Assembly (NCBI GenBank): GCA_051530055.1 | Contig: CM121342.1 | Coordinates: forward strand, 12,787,480-12,851,479 | DNA from: Neoechinorhynchus agilis | Taxonomy: Eukaryota > Animalia > Acanthocephala | Direction: 5' to 3' | Length of the DNA stretch: 64,000 bases | Part shown: in pieces, positions 36,766 through 51,500 of the stretch | Numbering within the stretch: position 1 is the first letter of the stretch | Layout of the letters: the number at the start of each line of letters is the position of its first letter | Notes under the pieces: generated by a model | Database searches by the model: none | Seen by the model: the letters and a program-made list of their open reading frames with translations, nothing else | What the model was told of the DNA's origin: nothing | Made by a program: the position numbers and the translations under genes

Positions 36766-37777
36766 CTATTTCTTCTCGGGCTTTGGAGGACGAAACTCAT
36801 CAATCTTTGCCTTTTTCCGGTTCTTCCGCTTTTGGAAGTTCTGCCAATTGCTCACTCTCGAATCTCTACTTTCTTCATAATTCTTATCCCATTCCTTCTT
36901 TTCAGCAGTAGCAATCTCATCGGCTGCGCGTTGATCCGCCTTTCGTTTCCTTCACACGCGCGCGCGACCATAACATTTATTCAAGTATAGCGAGAGAGAG
37001 AACTCACCTTTCTTCGTTTTTCTTCATTTCATCCCGAACCCGAAGACGCTCGAGATCCATGAACAACTTACATACAACCGCTCTCAGCGCTTTTGCATAC
37101 TTATCCGAATCGTCCTCGGGAATCAAGGGAAGACCTCGACACCGAGTTTCTCTTTTAATCTTCATCCTCTTCTCTTTTATCGACTGTTCCAATTGGATAC
37201 ACCAAAGGTCATCATAAGCTTTTCAAACAACGATGACCCATGGACAACGAGCTTCGTCCACAACCTCTAAACACTTCTTACGCTCTTTAGCATCCATCAG
37301 CTGCTTATAGGACCGATTAACGGCTTCAAAAGCAGTCTGAGCACGTTCCTGATCATTGGAATTCTTGTCCGGATGAACGAGAACTGACAGCTATTGGTCG
37401 TCTCTCATAGTTCAAATAATGGAACCAATGACACTCGTCGAACTTACCTTTTTATACCTTCTTTTGATGAGGTCGACGGACGCGTCGTAGGGAATTTTCA
37501 ATACCTATCTCAAAAACACGAAATAACCTTCAGAGAATAATGTTCTAAAGGGAGAAAAACACGAAACCTCAAACGGATTTAGATTCAAATATGCAGATCC
37601 CGGTTTCAAAAGTCGTTTTATTTGATCACACGAGTTCCAACTGGGATCGTATTGGCTTTCGTCACTTTTCTGTTCAATCTACACTCAAACCGCATCAAAC
37701 ATTATTAAAAATTCTAATGCGCACACACTTACCAGCGAATAGAAATCTTTTAACTTCTCGTCGTCGAGGTGATCCAT
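36766..37777 (-). CDS. DNAJC8: DnaJ homolog subfamily C member 8
   Basis: QIKRLLKPGSAYLNLNPFEVL; LSVLVHPDKN; EFRPPK C-terminus; four GT-AG introns. Confidence 0.9.
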
Positions 37778-37846
37778 ATCGTGTCCCCTCCCTACCCTTT
37801 CCGCGTCCAAAACTACAACCCAAACACAATTCTTCCGTGCTTTATC

Positions 37847-38449
37847 TCACATAAAATCTCCATCAATGTCATTTTCGTCCACGTTTTGCTCCAACCTGTC
37901 CAATCCAAAGACGTCGGCGTTAGCGGACACTTCAACGTCTTTCCGCACTCCTTTTGGCCTCTCCTTCTCTTCAGCTTTCTTTCGCTTTGTAAGTTCAGCC
38001 ATTGCGTGCATGAGCGCCTTCACGTCCTCCTCCCGACTCAACAAATCACATCCCGAATGAAGAGTGCGCTCAAAAAGCCTCGAAAAATAAGGACTCTTGC
38101 TCAAAATCGACAGAGCCGTCCCTAGAAGACGACCGTTTTTTAAATCGTCGATTTCGAGACTTTTACGGTCACTAAACATGACGTGAGCCTGCATGAACTT
38201 CTCATAGTCCTGTCGAAGCTCATTACGAGCGTCTTCATGCTTATCAATGGATTCCTGTTTAGACGCTACTTCACCTTTCTTTGGTTGTGATGGTTGAACA
38301 GAAGGCGGCTTTGCGACGTCGTCAATGTCCTCATCGTCCCAGCACTCCTTTATGTCATCATCCTCCTCCTCAACCGTACGATTAAGGATTGTAGGAAATT
38401 TGGACCTGTAAAAATCTTGCCGAAACTCGTCATCGAAGGGGTCCGCCAT
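37847..38449 (-). CDS. EIF3J: eIF3 subunit J-like
   Basis: Acidic N-terminus with WDDED; C-terminal DIDGDFM; about 200 aa. Confidence 0.65.
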   Translation of the reverse strand: MADPFDDEFRQDFYRSKFPTILNRTVEEEDDDIKECWDDEDIDDVAKPPSVQPSQPKKGEVASKQESIDKHEDARNELRQDYEKFMQAHVMFSDRKSLEIDDLKNGRLLGTALSILSKSPYFSRLFERTLHSGCDLLSREEDVKALMHAMAELTKRKKAEEKERPKGVRKDVEVSANADVFGLDRLEQNVDENDIDGDFM

Positions 38450-38629
38450 AATCTACAACAATTACACAACATATAAAAAGGAGTTCATCTGATCGAAAAG
38501 TCACTTATTTTTATTCGATGCGTTTCTTTTACAAACCCGGTGCGTGTGTGTGACGCACATCCTACTTTGAGGTTTCTTCCGTATCTTCATAATGTGCATT
38601 TGTGCCCCAAAACTGCGTCTTATTTTTAG

Positions 38630-38935
38630 ATGGCAAAGTCTAAGAATCACACGAATCATAATCAGAGTGGGTTTATTTTTAGAATTTTTCATGTCATGTT
38701 CCTTTGATATGCTTGTGAAGGTCATAAGAATCACCGGAATGGTATAAAGAAGCCTTCGAAGCTTCACTTCAAGTCTCTGAAAGGAGTTGATCAGAAGTAC
38801 GTCCGGAATATGAAGATCAGTCAACGTAAGAATAGAGAATTAGCGAGGAACAATAGAAAGGAGGACTGGAAGACTACGTTGGTAAGTTGTATTCGGTTAG
38901 CCAGTGATGACGATCTGTGCGTTTGTGATTTCTAG
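38630..38935 (+). CDS. RPL29: 60S ribosomal protein L29 (3' end uncertain)
   Basis: MAKSKNHTNHNQ/SHKNHRNGIKKP..SLKGVDQKYVRNM across one GT-AG intron; not in the ORF track. Confidence 0.92.
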
Positions 38936-39189
38936 TGAACTTAAAACGTTAAAGTCTGAGGCTTCTCTTTTTTTCGGGTAAATTAACGGACGAAAAACGT
39001 TCTTTTTTTAGCTGCCACTGTGGAGGGAGTCGAAAAACAAGCGGCAGACCGTTTAAATAAACGAGTCGTGTTATCGTTTTGAGTGTGTGTGTGATTTTTT
39101 GGGAGTTTAATGAGGCCACAAATCAGACGGTTGCCTCCGCTTTTTTTTACAGAAAAATGCGAATCCATTAGAATTCTCTTGTTTTGGAT

Positions 39190-39833
39190 ATGATTCATCG
39201 AACTCTAATCGCCATCACTCATCGAAGCGCCTCAACGGCGATTCGATCAGGCATCGTAGGTCGATACGTCACCGCTATTCACAATGCAGCCGTACACGAA
39301 AAAGCGCTGGATAAAGTCTGCAAAGACTTTGAATGTCTACAAACTATTTTTCAATCAAAACCGAATCTGCTATCTACCGAGCGATTCCTGATCATTCTTC
39401 TGGACGATGAACATGAACGCTCAGTGACTTAAATGCTCTTCAGAGCCCTTTGATAGATCGACCAACCCGCTCGAAACTACTTGAAGAACTCACTATAGAA
39501 CTAAAGGCAGATCCCATTGTGACGTCATCACTTGCACTGGTCGCGGCCAATGGTCGCGAACGATTGATTCCTAAGCTACTCAGTCAAATGGCCGAAATTG
39601 GAAAAGGTTTGAGAAAAGAACTCCAGTGTACGATATGGCTTTGCGAACCATTGTCCAGTCAGAAGAAATCAAAATTAGAAGACGCTTTAAGTGCAATCGC
39701 CAAAGGTTCTACACTTCGAATTGATTACCAAATTGATCCAAGTATCTTGGGAGGATTAAAGGTCCAAATCGGAAACGGTTTCATCGATTTGAGTATCCAA
39801 AACACCCTTAATAGATGCAAAGAAGCGCTTTGA
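39190..39833 (+). CDS. ATP5PO: ATP synthase OSCP subunit
   Basis: GRYVTAIHNAA; LVAANGR; IDPSILGGLKVQIGNGFIDLSI. Confidence 0.88.
39373..39431 (+). other. Non-canonical TA-flanked hairpin insert (putative intron, 59 nt) in OSCP
   Basis: CTGC-TA-[TCTACCGAGCGATTCCTGATCAT...ATGAACATGAACGCTCAGTGACT-TA]-AATGCT; removal gives KPNLLNALQSPLI. Confidence 0.72.
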
Positions 39834-39913
39834 AATTTTAAGTATTAAATTGAGGATGTCGTTGATAATGTTTCTAAGATCGTCAGCACGCCATTAACAC
39901 CAACAAAAAAGGT

Positions 39914-40249
39914 TTATGCTTTGGCCTGCCGGCTCATAAATTGGATCTCTTGATAAATGAACGCACGGATGATATTGTCTCGGACGCATTGAAAGCACCG
40001 ACTTCCTCCGTAGGGCCTTGAAACCGTTCTTTTGTTCCGTTTAAGACGACGGCGGTCCTTTGGTCTCGAAGGCTTAATCCCACTCAGTCGCGTCTCTTTG
40101 CACTGTCCACATAAAGGAGCTGTGCCAGGCTTCTTGACGTAATGAACTACAAGGCGACCTCCAGGCGTCCGTACGACTTTTCGACGATTGCTCCGGGTAT
40201 TGTACGAAAGACGACGTCTATAAACAACTCTCCTTGTCGTTCCTGCCAT
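39914..40249 (-). CDS. RPL34: RPL34 duplicate, intact ORF, identical protein
   Basis: Translation identical to 7091-7426. Confidence 0.9.
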   Translation of the reverse strand: MAGTTRRVVYRRRLSYNTRSNRRKVVRTPGGRLVVHYVKKPGTAPLCGQCKETRLSGIKPSRPKDRRRLKRNKRTVSRPYGGSRCFQCVRDNIIRAFIYQEIQFMSRQAKA

Positions 40250-40471
40250 CTTTTCAATCTTCTCCGGGACGCTGTGAGCGAGAAGACAGAATCTTTGACA
40301 CAGAAGAATCGTATATTTCGAGTGACGTTGTTTGATTTAAGTTTTTTAGAGTTCAGAAACTAAGATGCATAAATCAAGCTGAAAAAAGTTCTGAGATCGA
40401 TTGAATAATCTACGGCGCCGGAATGAGCAGCGTCGAAACGCTGTTGAACAAGAAAAACGAACCAAAGGAGT

Positions 40472-40647
40472 TGTGGCGGCGACTTCTTCCACGTAATGAC
40501 GGCAGCCGGAAGAAGTTTCCTTTCCCCGAATGAAAGCAGGGACAACAAGCATTCACCACAATGTAGATATAATAAACTTCGTCTTAATCTTACGTGACGC
40601 CGCCAAATTGGTGACCCCGACGAGACCGACCTGGTCAGCGTCCTGAT
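40472..40647 (+). mobile_element. Short LTR (40472-40605) with tRNA-Trp primer-binding site; truncated LTR retrotransposon 5' end
   Basis: TGTGGCGGCG...CGCCGCCA inverted ends; TATAATAAA; PBS TGGTGACCCCGACG at 40609-40622; absent from block A. Confidence 0.7.
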
Positions 40648-41034
40648 ATCGAATCATGAGATTGATTTATTTATGCGAAAAGTGACGATCGATATGAAAG
40701 TTGAATACATTCCAGTCTAATAAAGAAGATTATATGCTAAAACTTAGAATTAGACCACCGAGAAGTCTGACGAGAGACGGACGAAATATTTTTAGAATTA
40801 GTAAATCAATATTTATTCTTCTCTCATCACCAAAGAACACAGATTTCTGTTTGTTGCAATTCCATGTTCGGATTAACATTTTTGTACCGCTGATTTCTTT
40901 TTTGAAGAACGTCTTTTGGTCTTGATTAGATAAAAAGTAATTTTTATTGTCGCCAATTGAATTAATCCGGAATAATTCACGTTACCATGGTTACGATTTG
41001 AAGAATTCTGTACCTTTCTTCTCTTAAATAGAAA

Positions 41035-42946
<1,912 letters not shown>

Positions 42947-43247
42947 TAGAAAAAAGAGAAAGTTTGATAGAGAGAAAGTAAACGGAGTCTTGTTGATGGT
43001 AAAGAAGGTTAAAGACGAAAAGAGCACTTAAAAGAGGTGGGGATTAAAGAAGCAAGCTTATAAAGACTAAAAGAGTCAAGATGTGTGAAAGAAGACAGAA
43101 TGCTTATTCGATTGCCTCTAAACTTTGAGACGAAAAGAATCTACACTTTTCTATTGTTTATTCATGCAGCAATTCTCAAAAACGAAATCAACGACCTTGT
43201 GACTTCTATTTTCAAAATGATCGCATGTTTTATTTAGTAATCGTTAT

Positions 43248-44048
43248 TCACACTAAACTACCGCAAAACACACAGTGCCGTAGTCGATAAGTAAATTCTT
43301 GATTCCTGTGACCACAAACGCGACAGTATTTCTTGATCGTCGGAATTAAGCTCTTCTGTGAATTGATTTCACTGCTTCTATCCAAGAACGTTGACTCATT
43401 TTTATTTTCATTTTTCTTAACCAATTCGCTAACCAATCGTCTCATTATTTGTTTAATAAATTTATCCGACTTTTTAATTTGCATACAATCGATGTCGCTC
43501 TGATTTATCGATATCTCCTCTTCTGCTCGATTTACGAACTCATCGGTTTTCCCATTCGACGAAACGAACGGCCGCAAATGGACTTCTTTTGTTATAACAC
43601 ACAAAGAATCATTCTGCGTGTCGATTAGTCGACCAAAGCGATCTTCCAACGAATCACTTGTAAAATCAAGTGATCGATTGTCGAACAACCGCTCCACATT
43701 TTCTTCATTCTTCTTATGATATTCTCTGTGGTGCTCTTCAATGTCGCCAAAGATTATGTCGTGATGATAATCGTCTTGATAACTCAAACGGGCGTCACCA
43801 TCTTCCTGATTTCGATTTTCTCCTTTTTTAGACGCTTTCAACCCTAAAATTTTGCTTCTTTGCTGCTCACATTGGTTATTTCGACTTAATTCCTCGAATT
43901 TTTTACGGATATTCTGGAACTTTATTTTTGATGAGGCAACCAAAAGAGAGGGTTTCCTTGTTTTGTCCTTCGTTCCATCGTCCCTTTGATCGTCTTCTAT
44001 CCTTTTTAAACCTTTAAAATTCGGAGCTAATCTATCTGATGAGTCCAT
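43248..44048 (-). CDS. Duplicate of the 24054-24854 zinc-ribbon protein
   Basis: Intact ORF; P to S change visible. Confidence 0.7.
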   Translation of the reverse strand: MDSSDRLAPNFKGLKRIEDDQRDDGTKDKTRKPSLLVASSKIKFQNIRKKFEELSRNNQCEQQRSKILGLKASKKGENRNQEDGDARLSYQDDYHHDIIFGDIEEHHREYHKKNEENVERLFDNRSLDFTSDSLEDRFGRLIDTQNDSLCVITKEVHLRPFVSSNGKTDEFVNRAEEEISINQSDIDCMQIKKSDKFIKQIMRRLVSELVKKNENKNESTFLDRSSEINSQKSLIPTIKKYCRVCGHRNQEFTYRLRHCVFCGSLV

Positions 44049-44487
44049 GATGGTATTTCACAAGATATTTTAATTTTGTTTTTATCACGTTGGTTGCCAT
44101 GTAACGCTTTATCAAATCGGAGTTATACTCGTCCATTGCAAATACATCTTTGATACGAGTTTTCTTCGAAGCAACCATTAATATTTTCTTAGGATTTGTA
44201 AAACAAACTTGAAGTTTTGACTTGTGGTGAAGATGATCCCGGTTAAAAATCATTTTATTGTTCTGAAATATTTCGAAAGAGGAAACCTCGCCTTAGGAAC
44301 CGGGATTATCTTCACCGCAAGTCAAAATTTACCATCCCTGTGGATTTTCTGGATATGAAAAACTTGAAGTAATCATGAACCGAAGCTTGAACTTATTGAA
44401 CAAATATTCAAAAAAATAATGCCGTACTATTTATTTTTTCGTCTACCAAAAAAGCCACAACTAAATTCGTGGACAATGCGACTAAAA

Positions 44488-45442
44488 TCAATGCATCCTC
44501 GTAGCCAAATTTTCTCTGTACGACGATTGATGATTTGTGCGATCAACGTAAACGGTTGTATAATGCTTGGTAATGAACTTCACTATTTCTTCGATGTTTG
44601 ATTTATTGCTTTCGTTGTCGCACGATGGATATTTCCCTGAATAATTTTTATTTGTCATTCCGCTGATTTTTTGATGGACTGCAAAATGATTTGAAATTTT
44701 TTTAGTCAACGAAACCGCCGATGCTTACCATTATAAAGGCAAACAAGAAGATCCTCTGGCGTTGTTGGACAACGTTTTAACAGTCGAAGAAAAGTTTTGG
44801 CGTGTTCCTTATTCGAATGATGATGCTTTGTGTACATCTTTATGGATTCTTTGATTCGAAGAGTTTCGTTTTTGTACTGCGACTCTGTGAGATTATTTGC
44901 GGTGTACAATTTCGCTGACATTGTATGGAATAATGTCCAAAGACCGCATTCATAATTGGTATATTCGTCTCTTGAATTGTTGCAACTTTCCCATTGTATT
45001 TGAGAGAAGGAACGCTCGGTTTTTTTAGTGCTGGCGTATTTTCTGAACTTTTGACCGCTGATATTAGGAGCACTTTGGTTTGCGAGTTTGTCGTCCAGAT
45101 AAACGAGTTGGTTGTGAGTTGTATTTCTCATTGGACAATACTGAAAAATAGTTAAGATTATTTTTAACGTAAATTAATTACCGTAAGAAGAACTTGAATG
45201 AGTCTGTGAATAGTATTAATCTTCACCTTCTTTAGTTTTGGAATCTCCTTTTGGAACATATAAGTCAGAGTTGATTCCAGATCATTAATGTGGATCCCAC
45301 TGATCAATTTTTTTTTATTCAATTTCAATGGTCGTAGAAACTCAAACCTCATCTCATTCGCATCATTGGTCTCTTTGAATTCAGTGATGTTGGATAGAGT
45401 ACATAAAATCCCGGCGCTTAATAGGAGAACTTCAATGATCAT
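44488..45442 (-). CDS. QSOX-like secreted protein lacking CxxC; in-frame copy, three exons
   Basis: A9 run keeps NKKKLISGIHINDLEST in frame; exons join as ..LLT/YCPMRN.. and ..YN/VHQKI.. Confidence 0.65.
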
Positions 45443-46945
45443 CACTACACGATTTAATAACTCACATGATCGTTCCTATATCCTATAAATGCTTTCAAAA
45501 CATTCGAATTTTCTAATTTGTCAACATTTGTAAGTTTGCTCGGAGGTTTTTGAAAAAGGAAAACGCGATGGGCGGAACGATCAAAAAACCCACTTTTAAG
45601 AAGTGATTGAAGAATTGTGGTTGGATTACGTATGGAAAGAATACTAAATATCCGAAAATTTTACATGGAAACAAATTCAAATCGACCATTATAACGCTCT
45701 CTCGGTCGACCTGCACAATCTTACGATTGTTGTCAAATCACGACTTTTCTAATTGATTTGAATACAACTTTTTAAAAGATATTTTTTGAAAATGGTCTCC
45801 GCGTGGTAGAGTCACATCCTAAAAATATCGATCCTTTCTAGTAGTCGCGAATATCAATTTGTGGCGATGGCGAGCTTCTACAATGTCCTAATTAATTGTC
45901 GAAAAAGATCACTTGGTACCCCGAGGTATATGGATTCTTCTACTTTGTACAAAAAACGAGTTATTATTAAAGTTCAAGTTTGTCAACAAAATAGTAAAGA
46001 AGTTTTACGGTACTACCGTCTCTTCGTGTTTTGTGAAGAAAATAGAAGGTCATGGAAACAAACTATCTTCTTCTTTAAGCTTATTAAATTCTCACTCAAC
46101 GTAAACCAACTTTCGAGAATCGCCAAAATCACTTAGTAATCTCGAGGAGCCAAGGAAATCGAGTATTATCGACATTTATCGGAACTGGACAAAAATTAAT
46201 ATTCAAAATCGATTTTAGGGTGCAATTTAAGGTGGATGTTACTTCGTTGAGCATTAGTATGCTTTTTGTTGTAAAGAAACAATCAACACTCAACTCGAAT
46301 GCCTTGCGTCGTTATTTTAGATCAAAATACGATGTGAGATGTTAAACCGTAGGCTTTTAATGGGTGAAGCTCACTTTGGGAACTCCACGAATACGAATGT
46401 AAACATGCCAATCGTTGCATTTTCTGTGCGGATAACCACATCAAATGAAATTGTCCAAATCCCAAAAACGTCAAATGTATTTTATTTGCCATTTAAACCA
46501 TCCAGCCTTTGCCAGATTATGGAAAGCAGTCCATGAATATATCCAGGAATGCTTAGCACTTGCTAAGAAATCTCCTAAAATCCCATCCTATATTCTCTGG
46601 CCTTAATACGAATGTTCATAACAGGTAACGCCATTTGTATTTTCGGGACGAGTCTTCCCTTGAGTCTTAAAACATTAGCGCTCCACGCCCCCGTCCTCAA
46701 AAAGGTGCATATGATCAGGATCAAAAGAAATCAGGCAACAGCAACGATGCTGACTCCACTACTTATTCCCAAAAAATAATTCTTAACCTTTTACAGAATT
46801 TGGAATCTTAAAAAATACTTTAAGATATCAACGGAGAGGTAGTCAGCCCAAGAAAACCCTTCATCTTTGGCTTCTACGGAGTTTCTACAAAAAAGAAGAA
46901 AGAGTTGATGAAGCTATATGAAAAATGTTTCTATAGCGACTTCTA

Positions 46946-47190
46946 ATGTATCCACAGCTTTTACGTTACTTACTCACATTGCTGTCGAAATTTCCGAACT
47001 ATGCCAACCCTCGTCTTTACCTTCTCAAACTCCTCCTGCCTCTCGGCGAATCCCCTAAACACCTTGCTCACTTTTATCTTTCTGCCATATTTCCTATCCT
47101 TGCGCTTTCCCCTCTCCATTCCCCTCGAGACCTTCCACAAGAGAGCAGCTAGAATAAGCGGGACTTCACTCCCTCCCTTCGACGCCTGGA
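46946..47190 (+). mobile_element. L2-like RT fragment, longer than its counterpart at 21005-21150
   Basis: RLYLLKLL..LAHFYLSAIFPILA. Confidence 0.5.
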
Positions 47191-47199
47191 CATGTCAAG

Positions 47200-48410
47200 T
47201 GAGTGCTTTTTTTGCGGGAAGTTTCAATGAAGTACGAGTAAATCAATTTTTTACATATCGCCAAGAAATCACTTTCCCTGCTAATCGTCTCAATGTAGAG
47301 CCAATCGCGATGGGACGAATCAAACCGTCCTTCTTTTCTAAAGCGCAGAAGGAAGCGCCAGAGAATAACGTCCACTAACCGAGTCAAGGCATTCAGGAGA
47401 ACATGGGATGGATCACCTACGGAGAAGGACATCATGTCCTTTAGGTACTGAGGCCGAAGCCCATCGAGCCATGTGCTGACCCATTTGCGAACGAAGAAAC
47501 AGCTGTCATAACAACATCAACCGAAAACTCTAACGGGTGCACGAGGGGATCATCTCTGAATATTCTAGATGACCAGTGGGTCGAGGATGTTTCTCTCTGA
47601 GAAGTTGGAGAGTTTTCGTATCATTTCTTGTGAATTCGTTGGTGGATGATATAATGCGAACCGCGCCCCTCACATCACCATCGGCGAGTTTAGAAGATAC
47701 TCTCTGGATCATTGAACGAGTTGAAATTCGGCTCCGATTCGGTGGCTTTGAAAAATATCCTCTTAAAACGCGTTCTTTGCGTAGAACCTCTCCAAACGAA
47801 TTGCCGAAGGACACCCTGTTTTTGATGAGGGTAACAATCATCTCGTCAGATGGTACTCCAGCACAAAGTACCAGTCTCGGGAATGCGAAAAGGCGTGTCC
47901 AAGATATTTCGGTATTTGTCTCGAGACAGTCGCTCACCTGAAATCGAGCGCCCTCCGGGATCCGCTTCAGGATGTTTCGGGGCAAAAGGCGCACGATCTC
48001 CAGCAACGAAGGGGTGCAATAGACGATGGTTTGGATGTTCTGACGAGGTTCATTGAGCTGAGGAGCACAGTTTGCTAGCAGAAGGCCGGAACCAACACAT
48101 CGGGAATCCCTTAGGCCGTGAGTCCAAAATTCTCCCCCTTTCGTAATTTTGATCTGCTTGTCACAGACCGGGCAATTATGTGTTGAGAGCTTCGGATCTC
48201 GGGCAACATTGGCCTCACCTTCCAGAGTACTTGAAATTTCCGTTTGCTGCTTGTTCTCTACAGGTTGTTCGGACCAAAATTGATTTCAAGTCCCGAGTGG
48301 AGCGAGCGGAAGGCGGTGGAATCGTTGACATGCCGATTGCTTGTAGGTTTTTGCTTGTAAGTTTTTCAATTGTCTTGTCAAGTTTTCCTTGTAACTAAGA
48401 ATTAAAGGAA
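47200..48410 (-). mobile_element. CRE-like element B, 5' half only, degenerate
   Basis: HNCPVCDK..HGLRDSRC knuckle; RNILKRIPEGAR; LADGDVRGAVRII; FCALEKKDGLIRPIAIGSTLRRLAGK. Confidence 0.8.
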
Positions 48411-48417
48411 TAACCAA

Positions 48418-48530
48418 TGACAGGAGGGCTCGCTCGTTCCTAGTACAGAACATATCCTTGGCTATCCAGCGAGGAAACGCAGCGAGTGTCTTTCCGTGTT
48501 TCAATTTTCATCGAATCGAACTTTGATTGA
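48418..48530 (+). mobile_element. CRE-like 3' stub, tail-to-tail with element A
   Basis: DRRARSFLVQNISLAIQRGNAASVF on the plus strand. Confidence 0.7.
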
Positions 48531-48559
48531 GTCTATCAAACTACTGAAATATGCGGCTC

Positions 48560-51500
48560 ATTCGAAAATGTTTTGAATCTAACAGTAGATTTCAATTCAA
48601 CAGCATCACTTTTCGTAATCCCTCATTCCGCGCTACTCCATTGGGTCGTTGTTATCACGCTTGCCGTGTTGCCCCGTTGAATAGCCACACTCAAGCTTTG
48701 GATGAGGTAGTTCCTTTGTCTGTGATCTCCGCTGGCTTTTATGAGTAGTCAGCCTATCTCCGCGCAAAATTTCTTTGCCGAAACTCCAAACGCCCCATTT
48801 GTCTCCACACCGAAAGGAAGAAATAAGTGAGTCTTTTCCAGCTCAGCGTATTTCGCTGTCTTCCTCCTTTCGGCCGCCGTCGCAGCTCCTCCCGGTCCTG
48901 ATATTGCATCACTTCGGTTGGAGGGTGCTAACGAATCGACGCATGTGGCGTCCCAGATAAGGCATTTTCCTTCTTTCCACGGGAATATGGTCATCCCATC
49001 GGGACGTTTGCCATCTGAGCGACGGCTCTAACCAAGCTCCAGACTCCTTAGAAGAGCTCGCCACTAGCCGGGTTTGAGACACCGAATCGAGATGCCCTTT
49101 CAAGGAATTATAGGCTCTCTCTACGAGGGGTTTATCCCAAACAGGCTGTTTGTGGCTATTTTCTGGAACTTGATCAAGATCGGTCTTGATGAGCCACGAG
49201 GAAACTCCACGACGTTCGACATCATCCGTCGAGATATCGGTCTGCTGCAATATAACATTGGTTATATTTTTTGTTTTGGTGACCGATGCGAGGAAAGCTG
49301 GAAGTGCTAATTCGACTACGCTCCGAAGGCCCAATCCACCGTATTCTATAGGCAGTATTGCTTGTTGTCATGCCTCATTTGAAAGCTGGGAGTTCGTGAT
49401 GCGCTGTAGTTGTCTCCTCAGCATTGAATCAATCTGTCGAAGCTTATGTGAGTGCTCGAAGTATGGAGCCGCTCTTAACTTATACAGCATTTTTGGCATG
49501 CATAAACAATTCCTCAAAAGGAATAGGGCTTCATGAGAGCCAAGCTCACACGTTCGACTGCACAAACGTTCCAAATCAGGCAATACTTCATCGATTTCCC
49601 TCTCAACGTTCGAACTAAGGACACAGCTACCAAGAAGAGAGAAACGATCCGGTTCAATGAGTCGTATTCCCGGAGCGATATCAAGTAGGGAGCTGTAAAT
49701 TGCATCTCTATCCGATTGGTTTGCATTGATTAACATTAGCTCACATTTCGACGAGTTCACAGTTAATCCGATTTTCGATGTGGCGATGATCAGCCTCTTC
49801 AAATCATCTAGGACCACTGCCGGATCTCCACCAATTGTCGCGTCGTCTAGATACCACACGTTTAGTTTTGAGTTAAGCATCCGAATGATATCGTTCGTTA
49901 TCAAAGCAAACCCTATCAGACCCAGAGGATCTCCCTGTTGTACACCGGTTTCTGACCAAATGGTGTGGTGGTCGAAGAATAGAGGGGTCTTGGTGCTATA
50001 TGCGATCTGAAAATAACGATATGCTCCAGGAAGGCTAACAGCAACTGTTTTTAGTAGGGCTGAGCGACCGACTGAATTAAAGGCGTTGCTGAAATCCACC
50101 TTAAGCACTGCGTTCAATGTGCTCGATTGTCCGATGAAAGATCTTGTCGCATGGACGATCGATTCAGCTCCACATGGAGTGCAGCATCCTAGTTGAAAGG
50201 GACGGAGTTGACGTCCAACGTCATCGTAAAATCTTTTGCACAATAATTTAGCAGCCAAACGTCGTATTGTACATCCCACAGCAATCGGACGAATGTCACA
50301 ATTCGTTTTGGATAAGGCGCATAGTGTGGCTGAGAAGAGGAAGCTTGTCGCCTCGGGAGGTGGGATACCGTTGATGATTTGTTCCGTGAAATCCCTTAGG
50401 GGTGCTTCAAGAGTTGATCCAGCAGCTGCTGCTCCTAAACTGAGCATGTCTTTCTAATGTTGAGGGCGAAGATCATCGGGACCATGCCCAGAGCCGTTGG
50501 GGAAGGAGGCGATTGCTTTTCTTAACTCTGAGATATCGCATTGGAAACTGGCCTCAGTAGGGACTTCAGGTAAGGAAGGGGGATTGCCGACGGGGTGTTT
50601 ACCCCAAAGTGCATCAAGTGTGCACTGATCACTTCTAGCAAATGAGTCCGTCGAACTTAGCAACCGAACTGCACCTCGTACATCGAAGTCAGCCAGTTTT
50701 GCAGAGACTCTCTTGGCAAGGAGAGAACGCTGGTTTGAGCATTTTGGGCGTTTAGCTTCGATTGAAGGCGACTCCATAGATCTACTCAAGCTTATCCCAA
50801 ATAAATTGTCATAATCCGTGAGTCGCTTTTTGATCGTACAGGTGAGATTACTGTCCGAGTCGCGGTTTGTGTTCAAGATTATTCGAGGAAAGGCGAATAA
50901 CCGCAAGTAGTTAGCTTTGATCGGCTCAGAGGCGCACTTCGAGAGCAGTGTCGAATAGAACCTCGCACATTGGTATCTCGCGCCTTTTGGGATCCTTTTT
51001 AATATGTTTTGTGGCAAGGCGCTGATCAGGGAGACGATTGGAGATACTGAGTCAGATTGGCCACCACTGAAGGATTGTGGAGGTAAAGGTGGAAGGGAAG
51101 AACCAAGACATCTCGTTTTCAATGGACCGTGTTTCCTAGTTAAACCCATCGAGGTCAATCCGAATTTGCGACCGCATACTGAACAGTGTCGTGTAGGTTT
51201 GTGTGCATCATCATCTTGTGCAGCGATACAACCAGCCAAATCGGAACAGTCCTTACTGCTCGGGTCCATGGAGGGATCCGAGCTCAGAAACCTGTGTGTT
51301 ACTATTCTTCCGTGCTTGTGATTCGGTAAAGACGTCATTGAATGTTTCGTTCACAAATTCTTCCTTTTCGTTTGTTTGCTCGGGTATCAAGATATATTTT
51401 GTTATTTGCTTTATGATTGTTTGAATTCGGAGATCGACAAAATTGTCAATATGCGTTGTTTTTGTTAAATCTTGACTTAACAGTAGATTTTAGTTAGTCA

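Noticed and set aside
39370-39428. OSCP insert readable as CT..AC (antisense GT-AG)
   Set aside because: The same reading does not restore the frame in OSBP, SENP or RPN11; treated as coincidence
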